Source of the DNA: Eledone cirrhosa
Taxonomy: Eukaryota
Length of the DNA: 64,000 nt
Direction of reading: 5' to 3'
Assembly: GCA_964016885.1 (NCBI GenBank)
Contig: OZ024740.1
Coordinates: 74,152,001 to 74,216,000 of the forward strand
Below, one piece after another: positions 1-13,489 of this stretch; the stretch's first letter is position 1; each line of letters opens with the position of its first letter. A model generated the notes under the pieces. It ran no database searches and was not told the DNA's origin. It saw only the letters and a list, made by a program, of their open reading frames with translations. The position numbers were made by a program, and so were the translations under genes.

Positions 1-25
1 AATGTCTGTTTTATATATATATATA

Positions 26-215
26 TTATTCATTTCATTAAGGCTAAATAGTGAGTCTTGTTACTCTGGAGTTTCGCCTGTTTATCACAGGGTCACCAGA
101 CCAAGATGTGATAAACAGGTGAAACTCCAGTAACAAAACTCACTATTTAGCCTTAATAGAATGAATATTAAAACTCTACTTCAGTATTGAGTACTCTTTT
201 CTTTCAGCAGTCACC
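26..215. mobile_element. Short fold-back Penelope pLTR-like fragment with a degenerate hammerhead on the minus strand (57-105)
   Basis: Inverted arms ~26-89 and ~107-168. Minus strand reads cttggt-CTGGTGA-c-cctg-tgataaa-cagg-c-GAAAC-tccaga-GTA-acaag (A6 changed to G). Confidence 0.55.
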
Positions 216-236
216 TATATATGGGTATATATACAT

Positions 237-580
237 CATGATTATCATCATCATCGTTTAACATCTATCTTCTTCACTAGCATGGGTTAGATGGGTTTGT
301 GCCATTTGAGGTAAGTTGAGTCGGGTGACCATATCTTGCTCATATAGGACTGTTTCTGGCTGGTTTTCTATGACTGGATGCCCTTCCAAACACCAACCAC
401 ATTTACAGTGTGTGCTAGGTGCTTTTTGCTGTGTCTCCTACATGACCACTTTACAGTGTGGACTGGGTGCTTTTTGTGGTGACACCAGCATGACCACTTT
501 TCACTGTGGGCTGGATGTTTTGTCGTACCAACATTACTTTATAGAGTAAGGGTGCTGTGGGCAGAAGTGGAAGGGAGGTG
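237..580 (-). mobile_element. Old, diverged RTE LINE 3' UTR fragment
   Basis: Starts with (CAT)n-cgtttaac, the reverse complement of the RTE (GAT)n tail. Contains ctggatgcccttcc...cacatttacagtg, shared with the RTE 3' UTRs elsewhere in the window. Confidence 0.65.
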
Positions 581-628
581 TAGGGCGTGTGGGTGTATAT
601 TACATTAAAAGGTGCCTACTGGGTGTAA

Positions 629-800
<172 letters not shown>

Positions 801-1102
801 GGAGGCATATGGCTTAGTGGTTAGAGCATTGGCCTTGCAATCGAAAGGTTGTGAGTTCAATTCTCAGACCGGGTGATGTGTTGTTCCCTTGAGCAAGAGG
901 CTTTATTTCACATTGCTCCAGTTTACTCAGCTATAGAAATGAGATGATAGGGACTGGGGTCTCTATCATTCCACTGCAAAGTGGTCGTGGAGGTGCCACG
1001 GCAAAAAAGCACCCAGCACTCACTGTAAATGAGGTTGGTGTTAGGAAGGGCATCCAGAAATCATACCATAATCAGTTCCCGTCCCACCCTTGCAAGCAGA
1101 AA
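801..1102 (+). mobile_element. tRNA-derived SINE, copy 1
   Basis: A box TGGCTTAGTGG and B box GAGTTCAATTC, then a CORE-like ccttgagcaag..cttt domain and an RTE-like 3' end (cccgtcccacccttgcaagcag). Confidence 0.85.
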
Positions 1103-1136
1103 ATATATATATATGTATATATATATATGTATATAT

Positions 1137-2003
1137 AATTACACCCAGTAGGCTGCTATTACTGTCTTATTTATACACTATTTGTTATTGATGTTGTGTA
1201 AACTAAACTCGAACTAACAACCCCAACTTTTAGAGCAGGCCACCTAAAACTTTAAATACAGAATCTACAACTTCACTTAATATATACTCTAAACACTCAC
1301 TTTATAAATCCCACTAAGTTGATTCAACGAAAATACTTATCTATCATACTATAAATCAATCTCCAGTTTATTGCTAGTGTCCCTTGGGAATCACAGCACA
1401 CCTATATCCCCTACTAGCACACTTAAAATGTAAATTCCCAAATCCTGACTCCAAGTACATTTTAGCAGTCACATCTCCACCCCTTTAACAGTTGTCACAC
1501 ATCAACCTCATACAACTGTATCATATCAGTTCGTTTGCTATATTAGTGCTATCATCACACTATATTTCTTACTTATATTGATGTTATTATTTTAACTATT
1601 CAGTATCTAGTTATTTTATTATTGATATTATTGTTCTGGTCTAACACCACTCTTCTATAAAAGCCATGCGTTGAGTATTTTTTCTTCACTTCCACAAGCT
1701 CTGATGAAACGATTAGGTATAAACAATGTATTGGAAATCGATTGTCGCAACATCAAACAAATAGCGAACTCTAGACATACCAAATCGAAGAAACAATTGT
1801 TAGCAATGTGAATAAAGCCCTTATTGTAAAGCCAACCATGTCACTGTTCTTTCTTGAATTAATATTACTCCAAGTATAACCTGCATAGAAATCACTGTGA
1901 ACTCGCTGCATCACTATGGAAACGTATTGTTGAGTCAAACTAAGCTTTACGCTAACACCATCCACAACACGGAGTACCCTAACTGGACTACATCTATTAC
2001 AAT
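1137..2003 (+). mobile_element. Penelope-like element 3' UTR/pLTR fragment
   Basis: AC-rich non-coding stretch like the 3' UTRs at 7.4-7.9 and 39.8-40.5 kb. Carries the same class of HHR (GAAACAATTGTH). Confidence 0.55.
1698..1804 (+). ncRNA. Type I hammerhead ribozyme with extended stem II
   Basis: gct-CTGATGA-aacgattaggtat...ataccaaatcgaa-GAAAC-aatt-GTT-agc. Stem I gct/agc; stem II cgatt/aatcg plus ggtat/atacc. Confidence 0.7.
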
Positions 2004-2004
2004 A

Positions 2005-2306
2005 ACTTGGCTTAGTGGTTAGAGCATTGGCCTTGCAATCGATAGGTTGTGAGTTCAATTCTCAGACCGGGTGATGTGTTGTTTCCTTGAGCAAGACACT
2101 TTATTTCACATTGCTCCAGTTTACTCAGCTGGTCCCTATCATTCCACTGCAAAGTGGTTGTGGAGCTGCCACGGAAAAAAAGCACCCAGCACTCACTGTA
2201 AATGAGGTTGGTGTTAGGAAGGGCATCCAGGTGTAGAAATCAAGCCAGAATCAGTTCCCGTCCCACCCTTGCATGCAGAGAAAAGCGGACGTATGATGAT
2301 GATGAT
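2005..2306 (+). mobile_element. tRNA-derived SINE, copy 2
   Basis: Same A/B boxes and body as copy 1; (GAT)n tail. Confidence 0.85.
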
Positions 2307-2319
2307 ATATATGTATATA

Positions 2320-2378
<59 letters not shown>

Positions 2379-2384
<6 letters not shown>

Positions 2385-2972
2385 ATGAAAGTCGTATAAC
2401 AAAGCTGTATAACAAAGTGCAGGGCAATAAAGATAGACGGTAGCCACGGAATAGGCAGACCTAGAAAAACCTGGGATGAGCTGATAAACTCCGACCTCAC
2501 ACACTTACACCTCTCCAAGACAATGTCACTGGACCGAGACCTTTGGCGGTACTCAGTAACAGAGAAGACCCGCCTTACCTAAATACATAGTAAAACCTAC
2601 TACAGCCAGTAGGCATCTCTAACAAAATACACCCCCGTCCCAGCACCCCCACCCCATCCACACCGCCCCTTTCAATGTAAAGTTATGTTGGTGCCGCGCC
2701 ATCCAGGCCGAAACAAATGAGATTGTGTAGGTGTCACGACAAAAAAACACACAGTCCACGCTGTAATGTGGCCGTGTAGGCAACACGGTAAAAACCTCCC
2801 AGACCCACACTGTAAATGTGGTTGGTGTTAGGAAGGGCATCCAACTGTAGAAAACCTGCCAGACAGTCCTATGCGAGCAAGACAATCACTCTTGCCTCAA
2901 GTGGGAATACCCCCGTCCAAACCCATGCAAGCGTGGAACACGGACGTTAAACGTTGATGATGATGATGATGA
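2379..2972 (+). mobile_element. 5'-truncated RTE LINE, family A
   Basis: Encodes the C-terminal ...GRPRKTWDELINSDL...; 3' UTR matches 19250-19608; (GAT)n tail. Confidence 0.9.
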
Positions 2973-3033
2973 TATATGTATATATATATATCATCATCAT
3001 CATCATCATGATGATGATGATATATATATATAC

Positions 3034-3079
<46 letters not shown>

Positions 3080-3082
3080 ATA

Positions 3083-3119
<37 letters not shown>

Positions 3120-3139
3120 ATATATATATATATATATAT

Positions 3140-3474
3140 GGAGGCACATGACTTAGTGGTTAGAGCATTGGCCTTGCAATCGAAAGGTTGTGAGTTCAAT
3201 TCTCAGACCGGGTGATGTGTTGTTTCCTTGAGCAAGACACTTTATTTCACATTGCTCCAGTTTACTCAGCTGTAGAAATGAGATGATAGGGACTGGGGTC
3301 TCTATCATTCCACTGCAAAGTGGTTGTGGAGGTGCCACGGAAAAAAAGCACCCAGCACTCACTGTAAATGAGGTTGGTGTTAGGAAGGGCATCCAGCTGT
3401 AGAAATCAAGCCAGAATCAGTTCCCGTCCCACCCTTGCAAGCAGGGAAAAGCGGACGTAAAATGAAATGATGAT
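3140..3474 (+). mobile_element. tRNA-derived SINE, copy 3 (full length)
   Basis: GGAGGCAC start, A/B boxes, and 3' end gcagggaaaagcggacgtaaaatg identical to the RTE family C tail. Confidence 0.9.
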
Positions 3475-3481
3475 ATATATG

Positions 3482-3514
<33 letters not shown>

Positions 3515-3655
3515 GTATTAGAAAGTGAGGTTTTTTTTACAAAATGAAAAATAACCGAGGTGTCCTACACGAGTGAAAGTATAAAGAAAAAAGATGAAAT
3601 CGAAAATGCAACTGGAGTCTTATTTTAAAAAAATATATATATATTTATTTGGTTC

Positions 3656-3691
3656 CTTTACCGGTTTCGCAGTTCTTCTGCTTTTCAAAAG
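3656..3691 (-). ncRNA. Minimal type I hammerhead, U3-A8 core variant
   Basis: Reverse complement of 4415-4450. Confidence 0.7.
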
Positions 3692-4414
3692 TAGAGTTGA
3701 GATGGAGGGTCTGTGGTTTTTCTCACATCTGGTTGGTCTCTGAATGTTACTTATTTTATATGGAAAAAGTGGCTCGAAATGCCAGGTTTTTCGAGAAGTA
3801 ATTTGATTGGTTGGTCAATAATTATAATAAATTTTGTGCCAGTCGCGTTACAAAGTTCTTCAAACAAGGGGGGGGGTTGTCACAGGTTCTTTTTTCATAT
3901 TTGAATTTCTTTTTACTTTAAAAAAAGGGGGCTCACGGAGGCTTTTTTTTAATAAACGTAATTTGATTGGTTATAAATGAAATTATGGCTGTCACGTGAA
4001 CAAGTTTTCATTAAATTATCTTTTACTTGTCATAAAATTCTCTAAAAAGGCTACAGAATAGATTTCCAAATAAGGGCGTGAAAATTTAATGAAAACTTGT
4101 TCACGTGACAGCCATAATTTCATTTATAACCAATCAAATTACGTTTATTAAAAAAAAGCCTTCGTGAGCCCCCTTTTTTTTTAAGTAAAAAGAAATTCAA
4201 ATATGAAAAAAGAACCTGTGACCCACTCCCCACCCCCTTGTTTGAAGAACTTTGTAACGCGAACTGGCGCAAAATTTATTATAATTATTGACCAACCAAT
4301 CAAATTACTTCTCGAAAAACCTGGCATTTCGAGCCACTTTTTCCATATAAAACAAGTAACATTCAGAGACCAACCAGACGTGAGAAAAACCACAGACCCT
4401 CCATCTCAACTCTA

Positions 4415-4450
4415 CTTTTGAAAAGCAGAAGAACTGCGAAACCGGTAAAG
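4415..4450 (+). ncRNA. Minimal type I hammerhead, U3-A8 core variant
   Basis: ctt-TTGAAAA-gcag-aagaa-ctgc-GAAAC-cg-GTA-aag; self-complementary ACCGGT across stem/loop III. Confidence 0.7.
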
Positions 4451-4533
4451 GAACCAAATAAATATATATATTTTTTTTAAAATAAGACTCCAGTTGCATT
4501 TTCGATTTCATATTTTTTTCTATATATATATGT

Positions 4534-4872
4534 ATCATCATTCATAATTTCATTTTACGTCCGCTTTTTCCCTGCTTGCAAGGGTGGGACGGGAACTGAT
4601 TCTGGCTTGATTTCTACAGCTAGATGCCCTTCCTAACACCAACCTCATTTACAGTGAGTGCTGGGTGCTTTTTTTTTGCCGTGGCACCTCCACGACCACT
4701 TTGCAGTGGAGTGATATGGACCCCAGTCCCTATCATCTCATTTCTACAGCTGAGTAAACTGGAGCAATGTGAAATAAAGTGTCTTGCTCAAGGAAACAAC
4801 ACATCACCCGGTCTGAGAATTGAACTCATAACCTTTTGATTGCAAGGCCAATGCTCTAACCACTAAGCCATG
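4534..4872 (-). mobile_element. tRNA-derived SINE, copy 4
   Basis: Reverse complement of the SINE consensus seen in copies 1-3. Confidence 0.9.
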
Positions 4873-4878
4873 TATATG

Positions 4879-4939
<61 letters not shown>

Positions 4940-4965
4940 ATATATATATATATATATACATATAT

Positions 4966-7935
4966 ATTTAAGTCCATACCTATCCCGAACAGGAAGACAT
5001 ACCTCAAACTCCTAATACAGAGTGTCAACTCCTTCATCCAAAGAATAAGATGGAAAGCGTACCACTTTGACCGTGCGGTTGCTGCTGACGCCGGAAGTAC
5101 AGCAAATAGATATGGATTTACCCCCTGCAAGAACCCCCCCACACAACATCCTGCTGGACCCTTTTGAGAAAGATCTATTCAACTTCGTCAGGAGCATTAC
5201 ATTCAAAAAGCATTATAGACACAAGAATAACTTCCTCACTACATTAGCAACAACTATAAACAAATTTAAAGATAACCACCTTTTACATGTTATGTCTGAC
5301 AAAGCTAAAATTCTATACACCATGACTCCTGAAATTTACAACTCTTTCCTTCTTAAAGAACTCAATAAAAACTATAAAAAAACTATACCCTCCAGTGTAA
5401 ACGTACTTAACCGAAAAGCCCAGGCTTTGGTAAAGGACTTGCATCTGAATAGATTTACCCACCCTTATGTACCAACAACCCCAAGGTTCTCTCTCAAGGA
5501 TCACAAGCCAAACTTTATAGAGAACCCATCCATTAGACTCATAAGCCTAACCACATCTGACCTGGGCCGCATCAGTAAGAACATCCTTGATAGGATAATC
5601 CCTGGGCTACGGGATGATACCACCTACAAGTTGTGGTCCAACACTGGCCAAGTCATCAGATGGTTCTCCGATCTAAGGTCCAAGCAATCTATGAGGTTCA
5701 TCCAATTTGACATAGACAGCTATTACGCGTCAATAACCCCGGAACTGCTCAACAAAGCACTAGCCCTAGCCACCACCAACTCGGACATAACCAATAATGA
5801 GATTAACATCAGACTATCATTGAATTCAACGGAGCACTCTGGACTAGAAAAGATAGAACAGACAACTTTGACATTACGATGGGCTCAAGTGACTCCGCGC
5901 AAATCACCGATTTAGTTGCGATTTACCTATTACGTAACATCAGAGCCGAAATCCAACCCTTGCAAGGCGGAATATACAGGGACGACGCCCTATTTGCAGT
6001 CCACAATTGCACTAATCGGGGAATCAATTTGCTAAAAAAACAATTGCATAGATACTTTAAAAACAACGGTCTCTCTATCACCATCGAGCCGAACCATAAA
6101 GTAGTAAACTTCCTAGATGTCACCCTGGATCTCAACAATAACCTATATTACCCTTACCATAAACCAGGTGAAATACTCACATATATTAGCCCACACTCTA
6201 ACCACCCACCGGCAGTCATCAGAGCAGTAATCAAATCTATCTCGTATAGGATCTCAATGCTATCAGCAAATGAGGAGATATTTATAAACCACGCACAATA
6301 TTATAATAAGGCTCTTTTTGAATCTGGTTATGAACAATCAATTTATTACATACCTAAATGCCATAACACAACAATTCACCATAATAAACTTAACACTAGA
6401 ACTAGAAATACCTTAGCATATAGCCAGATTCGCCGGAATTTTAGCAGTAACAGCACCTATACAGGGAACTTTAATGGTGGCAGCGGCCTGCTCCCCACTC
6501 CAAGTAGCAAACTAAAAATCAACCCTAGAATAGGAATGAGAAATGGGATGACAAATAACAAATCCCCAGGTAATAATAACCCTAGGAAGGCCCCTACCAA
6601 CTCCACTAGAACCCCTAGAAGGAATAGACCTAGAAATATCACACGGCTTAACCCCCCATTCTCATCTAATCTAGACACTAATATCCCCAAACGCTTCTTC
6701 TCTATCCTATCTAAACATTTCCCCCCAACCATAGATATTACAAACTCTTTAATAAAATAACATTAAAATCTCATTTTCCACAACACCTAACCTAGCTAGC
6801 CACAATGCATTCAGTAACCATCATAAGCTAAGACAGTATAACTCCCACACAGTGGTACCACCACCCCTATCAAATACACCATGTCACTACACCAATAATT
6901 ACTCTAGTAGCACACCTACCCCATCTAATACTTCTAGCACGGACCTACCGCTTAGGTTAAACTACCCTACTCTCACTAACCGCAGAAGCATCTACAACTG
7001 CCATTACCCCAATGCATGCCCATTAAATGGACACTGCCTGACACCCAACATAGTCTATAGGTGTACGGTTAAAACTGCTTCGAATACCAGCTCTTATATC
7101 GGGTCTACCTCTAACTCTTTTAAGGTATGCTATAACGCGCACTCTTTTTCCTTCTGAGACCCTAGCAACAGATGTTCGAAATCGCTAGCTAGGCTCATTA
7201 AAAACCTTAAATTAAACAATGTTCAACACTCACTAAAATGGGATATCGTGGCTAGGGCCCAACCGTTCAATGGACAAAGAAAATCTTGTGATCTCTGTAT
7301 TATGGAAGCATATTACATAACTCTATCACGACCTCTACCGATTAACGATAGAACGGAGGTAACTATTAGCTGTCAACATCGAAGGGCTAATTCCTTCGCC
7401 AATAGAATATTTGACCCAACTTAGTCATGCAGCCCCATTTTTACTTGTAGCTAATAAGTTAAATTGCTATGAACAACTCGGATAATTATAAGTTACCTCC
7501 CCTACATTGTCTCTCAATTAAAAAATTTAAAAATTAGCACTTAACTATAAACACCCACAATTTCTAATCTCTCGAGGAGTTCCTACCCCTGAAACCACCC
7601 TCTAATTACTAAGGTAAATATGCCCTTTGGCAGCCATCTTGTTACCCATAGGCAGATCTCACACAATGCAGCCTCGACAGATGAATACTGCTTGATTATG
7701 GCTGACAACTGATGCAACCAAGACACCATAGTAAAAACCAATATATGGAACATTATATTATGTAACATTCTCTCATTGTTTTAATTTATATTCCTTTGAA
7801 GTTCCGATGAGCCGCTCTGTCTTTTAAATATAGTTAATTATTATTTTCAACTGAACCAGATCAATTATGATATATAGTCATCTGATCCAGAAATATTATA
7901 TGGAGTAGCGAAACAATTGTAAACAGACATTATTA
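4966..7935 (+). mobile_element. Penelope-like retroelement 1 (Naiad-type), degraded: RT + GIY-YIG + 3' UTR with HHR
   Basis: Frameshifted ORFs 5067-5915, 5879-6760 and 6852-~7420. RT motifs LKDHKPNF..PSIRLI, FIQFDIDSYY, MGS, IYRDD, VNFLDVTLDL, SNHPP. Endonuclease motifs CPLNGHC..IVY..YIGST and CDLC..E..N.R.E. Confidence 0.9.
7801..7924 (+). ncRNA. Type I hammerhead (C4 variant) with ~100-nt stem II region
   Basis: gtt-CCGATGA-gccgctct...ggagtagc-GAAAC-aatt-GTA-aac, at the 3' end of Penelope element 1. Confidence 0.65.
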
Positions 7936-7939
7936 CATG

Positions 7940-8085
7940 CTTTCCAGCATAGTTACGTCCCTTTACGATCTGAGTTCAAATCCCGTCGAGGTTGACTTTG
8001 CCTTTCATCCTTACGGGGTCGATAAAATAAAGTACCAGTAATGCACTGGGTAATTGCTGGCCTTGTGCCTAAAGTAGAAACAATT
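7940..8085 (+). mobile_element. Fragment of a second SINE family
   Basis: B-box-like gagttcaaatccc followed by gactttgcctttcatcc..ggggtcgataaaataaagtaccag; a related minus-strand fragment lies at ~13585-13655. Confidence 0.6.
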
Positions 8086-8214
8086 ATTATTATTAATATT
8101 ATTATGATTATTCTCTACATTCCTTACATCAAACTAAAATATGTTGACAATCTTTTAATAATATCTTCCTTGTGAAATTTGTGGTCTTGCTTTGCTTAAC
8201 TAATGAGTATATAT

Positions 8215-8406
<192 letters not shown>

Positions 8407-8438
8407 ATATATATATATATGTATGTATATATATACAT

Positions 8439-8495
<57 letters not shown>

Positions 8496-8546
8496 CCATA
8501 TATGTATATATACATATATGCATACATATATATATACATTTATTGA

Positions 8547-8612
8547 CTTATCTGACGAATGAATGCGGACGTCTCTTGTGTTCGTCCTGTTCAGGAAACC
8601 TCGAGTAATGAG
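8547..8612 (+). ncRNA. Type I hammerhead in a ~110-bp solo insert between TA tracts
   Basis: cttat-CTGACGA-a-tgaatg-c-ggacg..cgtcc-tgttca-g-GAAAC-ctcga-GTA-atgag; all three stems pair. Confidence 0.8.
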
Positions 8613-8685
8613 GTAATTATACTGTCTTGTTTATTATACATTAAATATATATGTATATATATGTATATATATATATCTATGTATA

Positions 8686-8892
8686 CGGCGCCACGGAAAA
8701 AGCACCCACCACTCACTGTAAATGAGGTTGGTGTTAGGAAGGGCATCCAGCTGTAGAAATCAAGCCAAAATAAGTTCCTGTATGAGCAAGGCATGGTCAG
8801 CCAACCAGACACTGCCCACAACAAGACAACCCGTCTAACACATGCTAGCATGGAAGAACGGACGTAAAACGGTGATGATGATGATGATGATG

Positions 8893-8894
<2 letters not shown>
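8686..8894 (+). mobile_element. RTE family B 3' UTR fragment
   Basis: Matches 49610-49820; ends gacgtaaaacggt(gat)n. Confidence 0.85.
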
Positions 8895-8948
<54 letters not shown>

Positions 8949-11899
8949 ATATATAGTGGTAGAACACTCGAAGGTAATATCCATAGTGGTAGAGCACTCA
9001 GTCTATGGGACGAGTTAGGTAGAAGTGGTAACACAACAGTTAGTTCACTATACCGAGAACAATTGTTTCACCTTAGCAGATCTTCAGTTCGTAATGGACA
9101 TGGTTCTACGGAACAGGAAGGACAACCGTACGAACGCGCATGCACAGAAACGATCATTTCACAGGCAATACTAAATTGCGTGCGAGAAATGTAAGGGAGA
9201 TAACTGTGAAAGTCCGAAAGTTTCTAGTTGATAAGAAAATTAGGATGTTGTAATTCAATCCGGAGCTTTGTAGTTATGTAAGAGGTGTTTCCAGACGTGT
9301 GGACAACGTGTGAAGAATTCATTTCTTGTGTTTAGGCAATCACTATTGCGTAATCTTTTTAGAATATTTAAGAAATTCGCTTTGGAATCATAAGGTTCCA
9401 GATTTGATCTTACTGCATGGCATCTTGCGCAAGTGTAATTTACCATAATCTTGAAATGACCTAAGCTTTGTCAGTGAAACTGAGTAGACAAACATTGTTT
9501 GGAAGCTCTTCAAATGGACTATAATTGTAATTCAAAGGTCCAGCCTTGCCACATACTGTGTCATGCTGAATCTCCCTGAGAATTGCATTAAGGGTACATG
9601 TGTTTGTGGAATGCTCAACCACATGCATGTTAATTTTAAGAGCAAGCTGTTCTGTTGGTCGAACAACTATAACACTCATCGTTGAAACCAATAGATGTCC
9701 ACTCATTATTATAGTCACCATTAGGTGGTATATTTACTAACAATTCACCACTGGAACTACACATATGGAAGGATCTGAGATCAATATTAATCTAAACAAA
9801 ATACTAATCAATTATACAGTCATTGATCTTTGCAGAGATGAAATAAAATTATATAAACACCTGTTTACATCAAGGTGAACAGAGGTCATATAGGACACAA
9901 TGAACTGCATTAGAATTTGAATAATCCAATCCTTAAATAAAATTATTTTCTATACATTTAAGTTCATCTTTAGAGTGTATATTTAACAATATCTATATAA
10001 TCATATTCATGTGTCTATTCCTGGATTAAAATGATAAAAACTTATTGTAGATATAGATATTGTAAATATACACTTTAAATACAATGTTAATTAATTGTCT
10101 GGAAAATTATAATAATCTTAATGATAACAACTTATTGCAAGCAATAACGCATTTATCCTCACTTATTTAGCACTGACATGGACAGCAGAAACCCGACCCT
10201 AAACTTTATAACAAATAGATATACCTTGAGAATGATAAAATTCCATGATAAAAGTCCAGAATACATCATTGTGGTATTGCTTGATTTTACAGAGAATTTT
10301 AAAAAGGCCCTGTGGCTAGTGAAAAAGAAATTGTGAAAATTTATAAATCCTTGAATAAATATATTATACTATTTGACAAATAAAAACAATGAAATCATCC
10401 ACAATTGTCACCATGCTGTTAAAGATCAGCCTTACTCACCGCTGCATTTCATATTCAATTAATTGTAATTACATGCCAAAGCATAAATAAGACCAATGCT
10501 TTCCTTAATGAGTCTCTCAAGATTTTTTGCATCCTCTGACCCAACAAAGTATAAAATACACCAAATGAATGCCTGTAGCAGAGACACCAAAATAATGCCT
10601 GTATTAACCTTATAGTGACATTGACACCCAGAGTACTTCTTACAATCAATTACCTATTACCTTATATAAATAAAATCATAGTAACTGCCTGCAAAAGCAT
10701 GGTATATGAAATGTAAAGGCTGGTGGTTAGCCTATGCACTCAAAATAGGCCAGAATAAGATACCAAAAGTAGTATTATGATGGTTACCACTTGGAAATTG
10801 AAAGCCTGGATGGCCAAAGAACAATCTGAGAGAAATGCAGCTTACTTGAGGCAGAGTAAAGAGAGGTACTAAAGACCAAAGTAAATATCAACAAAGCTTT
10901 GAAGCCATATTTCCCAATCATGAAGAAGAGTATTAACTCTTTTGATACCCTGTCTGAAACTGCCCTGCTTCTATGATACAAAACTGGATATTTTAAAGTA
11001 TTTATATTCATCTATAAACTTTCCATCATAATTTTATGGGACAATATTTGTTAAGTTATATTCCAAACACTAGCTTAACAACAAGAAAGTTATATTGCTA
11101 AAGTCCTCCAAATTAATTGAAAATCATAGACAGTGTCTTTTATTGGAAATATGGTAACAGAAGGATTAAAAGTATTTAAAAGTTGAGGGTTGTCTTCCTT
11201 TGCGTTTTAAAAAAATCAAAATCCATCATTTAAAAAAGATCACTGAGGATATAAATTTAATTAATTAAAATGTCTTAGCTTACTACACCAAGTATAAATA
11301 ATAAAGTCCTTTTAATAATAATAAAGTCCTTTTAATAAAGTCCTTTTAATCAACATAAATTGTAAAATCAACAAAACATACTGCAGGTTTCTAATAAAAA
11401 CGATATATGCGCATTTTCTTATAAAGATTTTGGTCAACTTTTGTAAATATTACAAGTTGTTGAGGTAATAAACTACGAACTAAATAAATGAAATAAATTA
11501 TTGCAAGATTATACATTTACAGAGGAGGAAGAAATATGAGGAAGGAATAGATTTTAAGTAGTGGGAAGTGTTTGAGAAGTGGGAGAAAGAGAGAGAGAGA
11601 GGAAGAACAAATATCACAGATAAATGAATGATGTGCAGGAGGAGAAAAAGAAGAAGAATTGATGCTTCATCTAAAGAAAGAGGAGGGACAGAAGACATAA
11701 AGGAGGGAATTACATGATTGGCACTGTTTCTATCAGTGTTATGAGGCTAGCTTGGAAATTGCTGTAGTCACTGCTGCCGAACTATAATGGTTACTGCTCA
11801 AAAGAACTTATTTGTCATCTTACAAGTAGTTACAAGAGGTGGGGACAAATGAACAGAAAACAAAATATATTTCTTAATGTCTGCAAGAGTTATAGCCAA

Positions 11900-12121
11900 G
11901 CAATGGAGGGGCGGATAGATTAGAAGAATTAATCCATAATGGAGGCGTATGATGCTAGAGATGTATATATATATGAGCAGTGTTGGAACCTTCATTAAAG
12001 GCTCCTATGTAATCCAGTACAAAAGAGGAAAGTTGCTGCAACATTGCAACAGACATAGAAGCAGAAAAGTAACAATTGCAGCCGTTTGTTCTTCGCATCT
12101 CTCCACCTTCAACCAGTAAGT
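11900..12121 (+). promoter_or_regulatory. Candidate Pol II promoter and non-coding first exon
   Basis: GC box GGGGCGG at 11908, TATATATA at 11964, Inr-like TCATT ~28 bp later (11992) and a donor-like CA|GTAAGT at 12116, all in unique non-repetitive DNA. Motifs only, no transcript evidence. Confidence 0.3.
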
Positions 12122-13208
12122 TAACTTTTATATATTATTGAATTCAACTTCAGTTAAAACAAAAATGTTCTGTTTTACATAACAATCCATCACAATCATC
12201 TACATTATATCCCACCAGAGGTATACCATTTCATATAAATATGAAGTAATGTTTATAGAGCATGAAATTTGTAATGAAAAATAAGTGCCAAGAAATATGA
12301 CAGTATTAAAGTTGTAAGTTATATGACTAATTTCATATAATTTAACATTTTCAGAGAAGAAATGATAAAAAATATGGATTTGTTTAAAATATTTAACTAA
12401 AATCTATATAACTAAAAATAATATGAACTGAATTTTCAACAAATTCACAGAAAAAAAAAAAAAAAATTATATGTATATAATCATTTCCTCTTAAATATAT
12501 TTTGTAAACCTATGAAATACCAAATATAATTCAATATATTGACTTCAATCTTTCTTAAAAATTGAAATCAATATATTTTTAAATTTCTAATTTTAAAAAT
12601 TTCTTTAAATACTGAAAACCTAAAAACACAAGTCAAATATAAAAAAAGTAAAAACAGATTACTTGGTATTGGAAGTGAGTGTTATTCTTGTCTCAATTGG
12701 TGAATGGGAGATACATAGCTCATTAATTCTTCAACCTTTTTATACACTTTTTACATGTGACAAAAGAGACCCTATGTTCAAAAGAAAACATACACACAGA
12801 CATAAGCTAATTAGCTTTGAGCTCATTGCTAGTACTAATGTCTATCCAGCTCTATCTCTGTATTAATAATCAGAATTGGTTAAAAAATCTGAAACCTCCT
12901 CCCTTTCTTTACATTGTTAAATTACTTATTATATATTCATCGGTTTGAATTTTCATTTCTGAGATCTTTTGTATACAGAAACATCCACCCACCAATACAC
13001 ACACACATATATATATATATACATATACACACACACGCACACACACACACACATATATATAGGCATATATATATATACATATATATATAAATACATATAT
13101 ATATATATATACACACACACACATATATATACATACATATATATATATATATGTGTGTAAATATATGTATGCATGTAAATATATGTATGCATGTATGTAT
13201 GTATATAC

Positions 13209-13244
<36 letters not shown>

Positions 13245-13439
13245 ATCCTGGGTACACGTGAGGGTAACCACAGTTAGTAAGGTACTCAGTACATAGCAGA
13301 GTATAAATATTTAATATAGAAATGGCTTATACAGGACTAAAATTGTTTCATTCAAAATAAATCATCAGGAAAGCATATATATATATATATATATACAAAT
13401 ATATCTATAAAGATATATATATATATATACAAATATATC

Positions 13440-13489
<50 letters not shown>

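Larger units (their letters stand above)
3518..4525. mobile_element. Fold-back non-autonomous element (~435-bp inverted arms) carrying hammerheads
   Basis: Arms ~3580-4017 and 4083-4525, 65-bp spacer, ~60-bp unpaired tail at 3518-3580; flanked by (TA)n. Confidence 0.85.

Noticed and set aside
801-875. tRNA gene (TGC anticodon-like loop)
   Set aside because: Acceptor and anticodon stems pair poorly, and the sequence continues into the SINE body in six copies; it is a SINE head.
9255-12866. Short ORFs in unique AT-rich DNA
   Set aside because: 60-86 aa with no recognisable motifs; some overlap old degenerate repeats (~9380-9700).
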